NCBI GenBank assembly: GCA_963761335.1 | Contig: CAVXGR010000017.1 | Location: forward strand, 224,001 to 288,000 | Origin: an uncultured delta proteobacterium | GTDB lineage: Bacteria > Desulfobacterota > Binatia > HRBIN30 > BPIQ01 | Length of the DNA stretch: 64,000 nt | Reading direction: 5' to 3' | In this document: piece by piece, positions 36,007 to 44,358 of the stretch | Position numbering within the stretch: the first letter of the stretch is position 1 | Layout of the letters: each line of letters starts with the position of its first letter | Notes under the pieces: generated by a model | Database searches by the model: none | The model's input: only the letters and a program-made list of their open reading frames with translations | Told to the model about the DNA's origin: nothing | Translations under genes and position numbers: made by a program

Positions 36007-36582
36007 TTGAGAAAAGTCAGCCTCGACGACATCGTCGGCCTGTCGCGATACGAGGAGATCCGCGACGACTTCCGCCGCCGCATCATCGCTCTCAAGAAGA
36101 ACCGGCGTCTGTCTGTCGGCGACGAGATCACCTTCGTCTTCGAGAGCTTCGACACGGTACTCTTCCAGATTCAGGAGATGATCCGCGCCGAGCACCTCGG
36201 CGACCTCGACCGCGTGCGCGCCGAGATCGAGGTCTACAACGAGCTCATTCCGGCGGCCGGAGAGCTGAGCAGCACCATGCTCATCGAGATCACCCAGCAG
36301 GAGCGCATTCGCCCCGAGCTGGTCCGCCTGATCGGCATCGACCGCGCCGTCGCCCTCATCGTGGACGACTGCCGCGTGCCCGGCGTTTTTGAGGGTGGGC
36401 GCAGCAGCGAGGACAAGCTCAGTGCCGTGCAGTACGTTCGCTTCGCCTTCGACGATCGCGCCCGCACGGCCTTCTGCCGGGCCGCGGTTCCGGCGCGGCT
36501 GGTCATCGACCATCCCCACTACCAGGCGGCCGCCGACATCAGTGGGGCGCTGCGACAGGCCCTGATCGAGGATCTCGCGTGA
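36007..36582 (+). CDS. DUF3501 family protein
   Basis: KKNRRLSVG, FQIQEMIRAE, YNELIP..ELSSTMLIE, SAVQYVRF; follows rubrerythrin. Confidence 0.88.
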   Translation: MRKVSLDDIVGLSRYEEIRDDFRRRIIALKKNRRLSVGDEITFVFESFDTVLFQIQEMIRAEHLGDLDRVRAEIEVYNELIPAAGELSSTMLIEITQQERIRPELVRLIGIDRAVALIVDDCRVPGVFEGGRSSEDKLSAVQYVRFAFDDRARTAFCRAAVPARLVIDHPHYQAAADISGALRQALIEDLA

Positions 36583-36995
36583 GATCCCGCCAGACGCGCC
36601 AGCTCGAAGCGGTGGCGAGCGTGCTCGGCGAGTCGAAGGATCACCCGACGGCGGCGGAGGTTCACGTCCGAGTGCGGAGCCGCTTGCCCAGAGTCAGTCT
36701 CGGCACCGTCTACCGCAACCTCGACAAGCTGATCGAGAGCGGCCGTGCCATCACTGTGCACCTGGGCGGCAGCGCCACGCGCTACGACGGCATGGTCAGC
36801 AAGCACGATCACTTCGTCTGCGATCGCTGTGGAGGCATTACCGATCTGAGCGGCGCCAGGAAGCCGGGAGTCGACATCGCCGACCTGCGGTCCGAGGGGT
36901 ACGCCGTGCACTCGCACAGCCTGGCGGTGTTCGGTGTCTGCGCCGGCTGCCAGCGCGGCGAGGCGCGGCTGCGCGCCGTGACCTCCGTCCGCTGA
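36579..36995 (+). CDS. Fur-family regulator (PerR-like)
   Basis: HPTAAEV, SLGTVYRNL, HDHFVCDRC, CAGC. Confidence 0.9.
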   Translation: MRSRQTRQLEAVASVLGESKDHPTAAEVHVRVRSRLPRVSLGTVYRNLDKLIESGRAITVHLGGSATRYDGMVSKHDHFVCDRCGGITDLSGARKPGVDIADLRSEGYAVHSHSLAVFGVCAGCQRGEARLRAVTSVR

Positions 36996-37065
36996 TCGCG
37001 GCGGGCATCGACAAGCCCGGGGCAGGCTCCTATAAGGGACGGGCCGGCCGTGGCCGGAGCCGCCG

Positions 37066-37722
37066 ATGGAGCTGCCCCCCGTCATTCCGCTGTTTCCGCT
37101 GCCCAACGTCGTTCTCTTCCCGGGCGTGCCCCTGCCGCTGCACGTCTTCGAGCCCCGCTATCGCGCCATGGTTCGCGACGTCAAGGATGGCCACGGCATG
37201 ATCGGCATGGCTCTTCTCAAGGGCGACTGGCGCGGCGACTACTACGGCAGCCCGGAGATCTTCTCGATCGGCTGCGCCGGCCGCATCGTCAGTCACGAGG
37301 CGCTCGCCGATGGTCGCTTCAACATCCTGCTGCACGGAGTGCGCGAGTTCTGCATTGAGCGCGAGGTGAGCGGCGGCGAGTACCGCCGCGCCGAAGTGCG
37401 CTGGTGCGCGGCCGCCGCCGCGGAGGAGGGCCTTCCCGCGGAGCTTCGCCGGCAGCTGCTGGCGCGCCTCCACGAATGCGTGGCGCTGCACCTCGAGGAG
37501 CCGGCGCGCAAGCTGCTCGACGACCCCTCTCTCGGCGATCCGTTGCTGGTGAACTTCTTCTCTTATGCTCTCGACCTGGCGCCGCTCGAGAAGCAGGGTC
37601 TGCTCGAGGCCCCGACGCTGCTGGCGCGCGCTGAACGCCTGAACCAGGTGATGGAGTTTCACCTCCACGAGGCCCGCTCGGGCGCGACCGGATCGCTGGT
37701 GCGCAGCGACCGCTCGCACTGA
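37066..37722 (+). CDS. LON peptidase substrate-binding domain protein
   Basis: IPLFPLPNVVLFPGVPLPLHVFEPRYRAMV, DGRFNILL. Confidence 0.9.
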   Translation: MELPPVIPLFPLPNVVLFPGVPLPLHVFEPRYRAMVRDVKDGHGMIGMALLKGDWRGDYYGSPEIFSIGCAGRIVSHEALADGRFNILLHGVREFCIEREVSGGEYRRAEVRWCAAAAAEEGLPAELRRQLLARLHECVALHLEEPARKLLDDPSLGDPLLVNFFSYALDLAPLEKQGLLEAPTLLARAERLNQVMEFHLHEARSGATGSLVRSDRSH

Positions 37723-37790
37723 GGGAGACGCCCCCGCAGCCCGCAGGCGCGACGTCTTTCCGCTATCCTGGCGGCAACGGCGCCTCTCCC

Positions 37791-38486
37791 ATGGGATACG
37801 ACCATCTCGTCTTCGATCTCGACGGCACCCTCGTCGATTCGAGTCGCGACCTCGCAGAGGCGGTGAATCACACGCTGCGCACCCGCGGGCGCCGGCAGCT
37901 GTCGCTGGACACCATCCGCGGCTACGTCGGCGAGGGCGGGCGGGTGCTGATCGAGCGGGCCCTGGGCGAGGCGGAGAATGCCGAGATCGAGGCGGCGCTG
38001 GCGCTCTTTCTCGACTACTACGGCGCGCACCTCCTGGATCACACCACCGCCTACACCGGTATTCCCGAGGCCCTGCGGCAGCTCGCGGCACGGCGGGTGA
38101 CCCTCTCGGTGCTGACCAACAAGCCGGAGGCGCTCAGCCGCGCCGTCCTCGAGGGCGCCGGCATCGGCGGCTGCTTTGCCGCCGTGATCGGTGGCGATAC
38201 GCTGGCGCGCCGCAAACCCGACGCCGCCGGTCTCGAGCATCTTCGCGCCGGCGCCGGCGCGTCCCGGGAGCGCACCGTCATGATCGGCGACTCGGCGATC
38301 GACCTGCGCACGGCGCGCGCCGGCGGTGTAGCGTTTCGCGGCGTCGCCTGGGGGTTCAAGCCGGGAGAGCTGCGCGCCGCCGGCGTCACCCCCCTGCTCG
38401 AGAGGCCCTCCGAGTTGCTGGCGCTGGTGGACGCTGATACTAGCGAGTCGTCCCGGGGGCGAAGGGGCTCCCGCAGCGCCCGGTGA
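37791..38486 (+). CDS. HAD hydrolase, phosphoglycolate phosphatase-like
   Basis: FDLDGTLVDS, LTNKP, KPD, IGDSAID. Confidence 0.88.
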   Translation: MGYDHLVFDLDGTLVDSSRDLAEAVNHTLRTRGRRQLSLDTIRGYVGEGGRVLIERALGEAENAEIEAALALFLDYYGAHLLDHTTAYTGIPEALRQLAARRVTLSVLTNKPEALSRAVLEGAGIGGCFAAVIGGDTLARRKPDAAGLEHLRAGAGASRERTVMIGDSAIDLRTARAGGVAFRGVAWGFKPGELRAAGVTPLLERPSELLALVDADTSESSRGRRGSRSAR

Positions 38487-38500
38487 CGCGGAGGTGACGG

Positions 38501-38869
38501 ATGGCGAAGGCGAAGACCACGACGGAGCCGCGCGGCTCGACCATCGGCGACTACATCCGCCGACAGCGACAGCTCGCCAATATCTCGCTGCGCAAGATGG
38601 CGCAGCAGAGCGGCATCTCGGCCGCCGTTCTCAAGGACATCGAGAGCGGCCTGCGCAATCCCAGCGGCACGCTGCTGCAGTCGATCGCCGGCGCCCTGCG
38701 CCTGTCCGCCGAGACGCTGTATCTACAGGCGGGCGTCCTCGACCCCCAGGAAGCGGAGGAGAGAGACGTCGTCCGCGAGATTCACCGCGACCCCAATCTC
38801 ACTGGCCGCCAGCGCGAGATCCTCGTCGAGATGTACGAAACCTTCTGCGCTCTGAATGCGAAAGAGTAG
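38501..38869 (+). CDS. XRE-family HTH regulator
   Basis: IGDYIRRQR..SLRKMA..IESGLRNPS. Confidence 0.85.
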   Translation: MAKAKTTTEPRGSTIGDYIRRQRQLANISLRKMAQQSGISAAVLKDIESGLRNPSGTLLQSIAGALRLSAETLYLQAGVLDPQEAEERDVVREIHRDPNLTGRQREILVEMYETFCALNAKE

Positions 38870-38971
38870 CTCAGTATCTCAGTATCTCAGTATCTCAGTA
38901 TCTCAGTAGCTCGGTATCCCAGTATCTCGGTGGCTCGGGTGATAACCGAGATACTGAGCCACCGAGCCACA
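38865..38971. repeat. Octamer (AGTATCTC) tandem repeat with inverted copies
   Basis: Nine units at 38865-38936, then three reverse-complement-like units at 38948-38971; between convergent genes. Confidence 0.88.
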
Positions 38972-38982
38972 GAATTCCCGGG

Positions 38983-39756
38983 CTACCGATCGCCGAACGA
39001 TCCATGCCTTCCCGCCCCAGCGGCGAAGCGCTGGGCGCCGCTGAGTGTTTCGCCGCTGTGCACGACGTCGATGCCGCGGCGGAACTCGGCGCGCAGCGCC
39101 GCCTCGATCGAGAGGCCGTCCTGGGTGTAGGCGGACATGCGGTCGGCGCGCATGCACACCTGCGGGAAGGCGGCGATCTGACGCGCCAGCTCCTCGGCTG
39201 CCTGGCGGCAGGTGCCGTCGTCGACGACGCGGTCGGCGAGGCCGATGCGCAGCGCTTCCTCGGCGCCGACGGGCCGCCCAGTGAGGATCATGTCGAGGGC
39301 GCGGCCGAGACCGACGATACGCGGTAGCCGCACCGTGCCGCCGTCGATCAAGGGCACGCCCCAGCGGCGGCAGAAGACGCCGAACGCGGCGCTGCGCTCC
39401 GCCACCCGGAGGTCGCACCACAGAGCCAGCTCCAGACCTCCGGCGACGGCGTAGCCCGCCACTGCGGCGATTACCGGCTTCGACAGCAGCATGCGCGACG
39501 GACCCATGGGGCCGTCGCCATCCTCGGCGGTGACGTTGCCGCGACCCTCCGCGACCCCTTTCAGGTCGGCGCCGGCGCAGAAGTTTCCTCCGTCGCCGAA
39601 GAGCACCGCGACGTTGGCATGCTCGTCGGCCTCGAACTCGCGGAACGCCGCCGCCAGCTGAGCCGCGGTGTCGCGGTCGACGGCGTTGCGCCGCTCCGGG
39701 CGCGACAGCACCACGGTGAATACCGGTCCATCTCGTTCGATGCGGACTGACATCAT
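38983..39756 (-). CDS. Enoyl-CoA hydratase/isomerase family
   Basis: RNAVD, FCAGADLK, KPVIAAVAGYAVAGGLELAL, GVPLIDGGT. Confidence 0.92.
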   Translation of the reverse strand: MMSVRIERDGPVFTVVLSRPERRNAVDRDTAAQLAAAFREFEADEHANVAVLFGDGGNFCAGADLKGVAEGRGNVTAEDGDGPMGPSRMLLSKPVIAAVAGYAVAGGLELALWCDLRVAERSAAFGVFCRRWGVPLIDGGTVRLPRIVGLGRALDMILTGRPVGAEEALRIGLADRVVDDGTCRQAAEELARQIAAFPQVCMRADRMSAYTQDGLSIEAALRAEFRRGIDVVHSGETLSGAQRFAAGAGRHGSFGDR

Positions 39757-41171
39757 CCTTCCTCCTCTGATCGCGTCTCGCCCAGGCGACGCACCCAGCT
39801 CTTGAAGGCCTCGCCGCGCTCGCGGTAGTCGCGGAACAGTCCAAAGCTCGCCGCCGCCGGCGAGTGCAGGCAAACGGTTCCGGCCGGCGTGTGGGCGTAG
39901 GCCAGTCGGACGGCTTCCTCCATGCCTTCGACGAAGAAGGCGCGCGGCTCTGCCATCTCCCCGCGGTGCGCCTCGACCTCCTCCCACACGCGACGGCCCG
40001 TGGTCGGAAAGAGGATCAGGTTGCGGACGCCGCGGCGGAGTAGCTCGCGCGCCAAATTGGCGTAGTCGAGGTGTCGATCGTGGCCGCCGAGCAGAATCGT
40101 CTGCACCCGATCGCCGAGCGCTTCCAGATGGGCGATGGTCGCCTCCGGAACCGTCGCCAGCGAGGCGTTGTAGAAGGTGACGCCGGCGAAGGTGCCGACG
40201 CACTCGAAGCGGTGCTCGAGGGGCTCGAAAGCGCGGACGGCGGCGGCGATCGCCTCCCGGCCAACGCCGAGAGCGTGGCCGACCGCCATCGCCGCCAGCA
40301 CGTTGCGCAGGTTGAAGGAGCCGGCCAGGGGGACCTCGGCGACGCCGACGACAGTTTCCTCGCGGCCGTCGTCGCCGCGCACGAGCAGCGCGCCGTCCCG
40401 CCGAAACCAGCCGGGACCCGGGCGGTCCTCGAGCGAGAACGCCACCGCCCGTGCCGCCGTAGCGCCGGCGAGCCCGGCCGCGATCTCGTCGTCGGCGTTG
40501 TAGATGAAGACGTCGTCTCGTCGCTGAAACCGCGCGATGTTGCCCTTTGCGGCGGCGTACGCGGCGAAGCTGCCGTGGTACTCGAGATGATCCGAGACGA
40601 CATTGAGCAGGACGGCGATGTGCGGGCTGCGGTGCAGGCCTTCGAGCTGATGGCTGGAGAGCTCGTAGACGAAGACGGTGTCGGCGCCCGCCGCCGGCAG
40701 GAGGCGCAGGGGCGGATTGCCGATGTTGCCGACCAGGTGGCTGTCGATGCCGCCGGCGAGGAGAATCCGGTGCGCCAGCGTCGCCGTGGTGCTCTTTCCC
40801 TTGGTGCCGGTGATGCCGACCACGGTCCCCGGACAGCTGTCGAGGAAGAGCTCGGTGTGGGAGCTGAGCGTCGCCCCGCCGGCAATGGCGTCGCGGATCT
40901 GCGGCAGCGACGGCGGAATTCCGGGTGCTTTGATGATCACCTCATAGTCCGTCAGGTGCGCCAAGTGCTCGGCGCCCCAGATGCCGCGCACCTTCGGGTC
41001 GCCGAGCACGCCGCCCCGCGCTTCCGCGTCGAGATTCTCCGGAGCGCAGCGGTCGGCGACGGCGAGCGGCTTTTGCGGAAAGGCGGCGCGCAGGAAGCGC
41101 AGCGTCTCGGTGCCTTCCCGCCCGAGGCCGAGGATGAGCACGGAGGGCTCGGCGAGGTCGGCGACCTTCAT
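39753..41171 (-). CDS. murD: UDP-MurNAc-L-Ala--glutamate ligase (MurD2-type)
   Basis: LGLGREG, APGIP, GITGTKGKSTT, GNIG, ELSSHQ, DHLEYHG, LEHRFE, SPAAASF..F..YRERG. Confidence 0.88.
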   Translation of the reverse strand: MKVADLAEPSVLILGLGREGTETLRFLRAAFPQKPLAVADRCAPENLDAEARGGVLGDPKVRGIWGAEHLAHLTDYEVIIKAPGIPPSLPQIRDAIAGGATLSSHTELFLDSCPGTVVGITGTKGKSTTATLAHRILLAGGIDSHLVGNIGNPPLRLLPAAGADTVFVYELSSHQLEGLHRSPHIAVLLNVVSDHLEYHGSFAAYAAAKGNIARFQRRDDVFIYNADDEIAAGLAGATAARAVAFSLEDRPGPGWFRRDGALLVRGDDGREETVVGVAEVPLAGSFNLRNVLAAMAVGHALGVGREAIAAAVRAFEPLEHRFECVGTFAGVTFYNASLATVPEATIAHLEALGDRVQTILLGGHDRHLDYANLARELLRRGVRNLILFPTTGRRVWEEVEAHRGEMAEPRAFFVEGMEEAVRLAYAHTPAGTVCLHSPAAASFGLFRDYRERGEAFKSWVRRLGETRSEEEG

Positions 41172-42556
41172 GCCCCGGCGGGAAGCGCGCGGCGCAAGAG
41201 GGCGACGTAGGGCGCCGGCAGGTGGTGCTGCTCGCCCCAACCGCCGAGCACCTGGGCGGTGAGCTGATCGAGATCGCTGCGCCGGCAGAGGACCTCGCGT
41301 TCGACGTACTCGAGCAGCGGCGGCAGCGCCCCGCCGCGAGCCCGCGCCCGGGCGACGGCGAGGTGCAGGACGGCCAGCGTCTCGGCCACCGTGCCGACGC
41401 ACTCGAAGGGACGGTGCTCGCCCAGCCCGAGGAGCTGCGCGGTGAGCGGAATCAGCTCGGTGCCGCCGAAGAGATCCTCGCCGAAGATGCCGGCCAGCTC
41501 CTCGGGCTCGAGGAACGGATAGAGGGCGGCGTAGATGAACAGACACTTCGGGCAGCGGCGGCACCAGGAGTTGTCGCGCTGGCCGCGATTGCAGCTGCGG
41601 AAGGCCGCGAAGTACTCGGGGTAACGGCTGAAGATGCGCGCGATCTGCACCTCGTAGAGCGGCCGCAGCAGGCTGAAGTAGTCGATCCCCGGAGCCAGAT
41701 AGGTGCTCGCATAGTCGCGGAACACGGCCTCGAAGCGAGAGCTCTTCGAGTACTGGTGATTGACGCCCGCGCCGAGAAAGGTGGCGTAGGCCTCGTCGCA
41801 GCTGCGCTCGTTGGAGGCGATGACGGTGCCGTAGCCGACGAGGGCGGCGACGGTCACGCCCAGGGTGGCGAGGAAGGCGGAGAACGGGGTGTGCCCGTTG
41901 AGATATCCCGCCTCGTTCAGCTCCAGAAGGCGGCGATCGATGGTGCGCTGCACCCGCACCGGCGCGATGCAGCCTGCGGCGCGCGCCAGCGCCTCGGCGG
42001 CGGGAGTGGGATTGAGCAGCAGGCAGCCAAAGTCGAGGCCGCTCTGGCGCAGCAGCTGCAGGCTCACCGCCGAGTCCTTGCCGCCGCTCACCAGCACCAG
42101 CGCCGGTCCGCCGGGAGTCCCGCGGCGCGCCGCCGGCAGGGCGCGCTCGGCGCTCGAGCGGATGCGGACGAAGTCGGGGCGGGTGAAGTCGATGCCGTTC
42201 ACATAGAAGAACTCGCCCATGCCGTGGCGCAGCAGATCGCCGAGCCAGGCAATCTGTGCCGCCTCGAGCGCGGCAGCGCGGACATCGATCAGCGGGCTGC
42301 AGGCTGCCTTCCAATAGCTCAGCATCTCGATGAGGCCGAGATGGAAGACGAGGTTGTCGACCGCTTCGGGACCCAGGCGATCGATGGCCTCGGGCCGGAC
42401 CGAGGCGATCGCCGTCTGCGGAGCGAAGCGGATGTCGGGCTCGACGCGAAAGTCGAAGCGCATCCGCAGGGCATCGTCTCGCTGCTCCCAGGCGAAGGAT
42501 TCGTAGGAGAAGGTCGGATGGGCCCGGCGGAGATCGTCGGCGCGAGAGCGGTTCAT
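41168..42556 (-). CDS. murL: UDP-MurNAc-L-Ala-L-Glu epimerase MurL-like
   Basis: SYWKAACSP, SGGKDS, LNGHTPFSA, SNERS, NHQYSKS, YFSLLRP, FRSCN, WCRRCPKC, PFECVG; ATGA-coupled to murD. Confidence 0.82.
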   Translation of the reverse strand: MNRSRADDLRRAHPTFSYESFAWEQRDDALRMRFDFRVEPDIRFAPQTAIASVRPEAIDRLGPEAVDNLVFHLGLIEMLSYWKAACSPLIDVRAAALEAAQIAWLGDLLRHGMGEFFYVNGIDFTRPDFVRIRSSAERALPAARRGTPGGPALVLVSGGKDSAVSLQLLRQSGLDFGCLLLNPTPAAEALARAAGCIAPVRVQRTIDRRLLELNEAGYLNGHTPFSAFLATLGVTVAALVGYGTVIASNERSCDEAYATFLGAGVNHQYSKSSRFEAVFRDYASTYLAPGIDYFSLLRPLYEVQIARIFSRYPEYFAAFRSCNRGQRDNSWCRRCPKCLFIYAALYPFLEPEELAGIFGEDLFGGTELIPLTAQLLGLGEHRPFECVGTVAETLAVLHLAVARARARGGALPPLLEYVEREVLCRRSDLDQLTAQVLGGWGEQHHLPAPYVALLRRALPAGA

Positions 42557-42678
42557 GGGCGGGGACTGGCGCCTGTGATATCGGCCCGGCCCGGTGCTGT
42601 CCAGCCAGGGGGACAGGCATCTTTTCGGCGGCGAATGCCTGTGCGCCAGACGACCAGCTTGCCGCGCCGAAAAGAAGC

Positions 42679-42964
42679 CTGCTTCGAAAATCTATTGGGT
42701 ACGCTTCGGGGACGCGTTCCCTCTCCCGCATTACTGGCAGAGGGTCAGGGTGAGGGTGCCGATCTCTGTGGAAGGCCGTGGACATTCACGAGCCTTCAGT
42801 GAGACAGGAACCCCTCACCTTGATCCTCTCCCCGCGGAAAGATGCGGGGAGAGGAGACCCGCCCCCGCGGCGCGGAACTATCATCGCAAGCGTCTAATCA
42901 GTGAATCAGGACGCCGTCCATTTTCATCGTCTGCTGGTGAGCCGAAAGGGCTCATGACGCACTG
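42679..42964. mobile_element. Gene-less cassette-like unit 2 (same ends, boxC-like cargo)
   Basis: Left end CTGCTTCGAAAATCTATTGGGT; cargo CCCTCTCCC..GAGGGTCAGGGTGAGGG / CCCCTCACCTTGATCCTCTCCCC..GGGGAGAGG; right-end hairpin 42919-42964. Confidence 0.6.
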
Positions 42965-43388
42965 CTTCGAAAGTCTGTTGGGTGAGGTCTGGCCGAGCCC
43001 CGGCGCTTGGCGTGGAGCTTATCGCCCCGGAGAGGCGCGGGCATGTAGCCCCGGGTGCCAACCCGGGGACCGCGTTGCGATTGGCCCAGATCAGCGCCCC
43101 GGAGGGGCGCAGGCGTAGAGGCCGCGTGAATCACCTCGATGAGCTTCCCACGCACCCAGGGGTGATCATCGGCGTACAGGCGCGGCATCGACGGACATTT
43201 GCCCGCGCCCCTGGCGGGGCGCGTATGACGGACCGCGCATTCTTCCCCGGGTTTCACCTGGGGCTACACGCCACCACCCCTCCGGGGCGAACTTCAGCCG
43301 GGCGAGGACCCCCAAGTTTCTTACCGGCGCAGATCCCCAGCCTCATTTTCATCGTCTATTGGCGAGCCGCGAGGCTCATGAGGCAGTG
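42962..43388. mobile_element. Gene-less cassette-like unit 3 (homologue of unit 1)
   Basis: Alignable end to end with 25910-26339; shares the CTG junction with unit 2. Confidence 0.65.
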
Positions 43389-43449
43389 TCCCCGCCGCGG
43401 CGGTTCCGGGCGGCCACCTTGACTTTGAGGGGGGCGGTCCACATAGTGG

Positions 43450-44055
43450 ATGCCCAAGGTCAATTATTTCCCCATGAAGCGCCGCGAAAAGCTCACGTTT
43501 TGGGAGAGCATCTATCTCCCGGAGGTGGCCAAGGGGCTGCTGGTGACCACCTACCGGTTCTGGCGCAACCTCTCTCTGCATCTGCTGCACACCGTGGGGC
43601 TGGCCAAGGGGACGCGCGCGGCGATCACCGTGCAGTATCCCGACGAGATCAAGTACTACCCGGACAACTTCCGCGGCAGTCATCGGCTGACTCTCAAGGA
43701 GGACGGCTCGGTCCGCTGCACCTCGTGCTTCCTGTGCGCCACCGCCTGCCCGGCGAACTGCATCTTCATCGAGGCCGGCGAGCACCCCGATCCGAACGTC
43801 GAGAAGTTTCCCCTGCGCTACGAGATCGACACCTTGCGCTGCATCTACTGCGGCTACTGTGTCGAGGCGTGCCCCTGCGATGCGATTCGCATGGACACCT
43901 ACGTTCACCCGAAGAACTGGGGCTACTCGCGGGTCGACTTCATCGAGACGAAAGACGTGCTCATGGGGCGCTCCAGACGGCTTGCCGAGGGCGGCCGCAC
44001 GGCGTTGATGGAAGATCTCCTGGCGGGGTATCGCGAAGCCGAAAGCGCTCCGTGA
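43450..44055 (+). CDS. nuoI: NADH-quinone oxidoreductase subunit I-like 2[4Fe-4S] protein
   Basis: ITVQYPDE, FRGSHRL, CTSCFLCATACP, RCIYCGYCVEACP. Confidence 0.85.
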   Translation: MPKVNYFPMKRREKLTFWESIYLPEVAKGLLVTTYRFWRNLSLHLLHTVGLAKGTRAAITVQYPDEIKYYPDNFRGSHRLTLKEDGSVRCTSCFLCATACPANCIFIEAGEHPDPNVEKFPLRYEIDTLRCIYCGYCVEACPCDAIRMDTYVHPKNWGYSRVDFIETKDVLMGRSRRLAEGGRTALMEDLLAGYREAESAP

Positions 44056-44075
44056 CCACCTGACCAAACCCTGCA

Positions 44076-44339
44076 ATGGGCAAGGTCTCGATCGTTCTGC
44101 TGCTGGCCTCTTCGACGCTGCTGCTGGTGGCCTTTACCAAGGGAGTCGACCTGTTGTACGGCAGCCACGACGCTCAAGCGCACATGTACTGGGCGGTGGC
44201 GGCACTATTTGGATCGCTGGCCGCCAACGTGTTCGCCATCGTGCATGCGGCGCAGAGCGATCGCATCATTCGCGAGCTCAGAGCGGCAAATGGCGGCGGT
44301 CCGGCGGATGCCGGCCGCGAATTGGGCGCACCGCGCTGA
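44076..44339 (+). CDS. Small hypothetical membrane protein
   Basis: Two hydrophobic segments; fills the gap between co-oriented genes. Confidence 0.55.
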   Translation: MGKVSIVLLLASSTLLLVAFTKGVDLLYGSHDAQAHMYWAVAALFGSLAANVFAIVHAAQSDRIIRELRAANGGGPADAGRELGAPR

Positions 44340-44358
44340 GGAGAGTTCGGAGGATCAC

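Noticed and set aside
39753..42785. 1010-aa ORF as a MurL-MurD fusion
   Set aside because: murL is in another frame and stops at 41168; murD starts at 41171
42919..42973. Canonical integron attC site
   Set aside because: Lacks RYYYAAC/GTTRRRY cores and no intI is in the window; kept only as an architectural analogy
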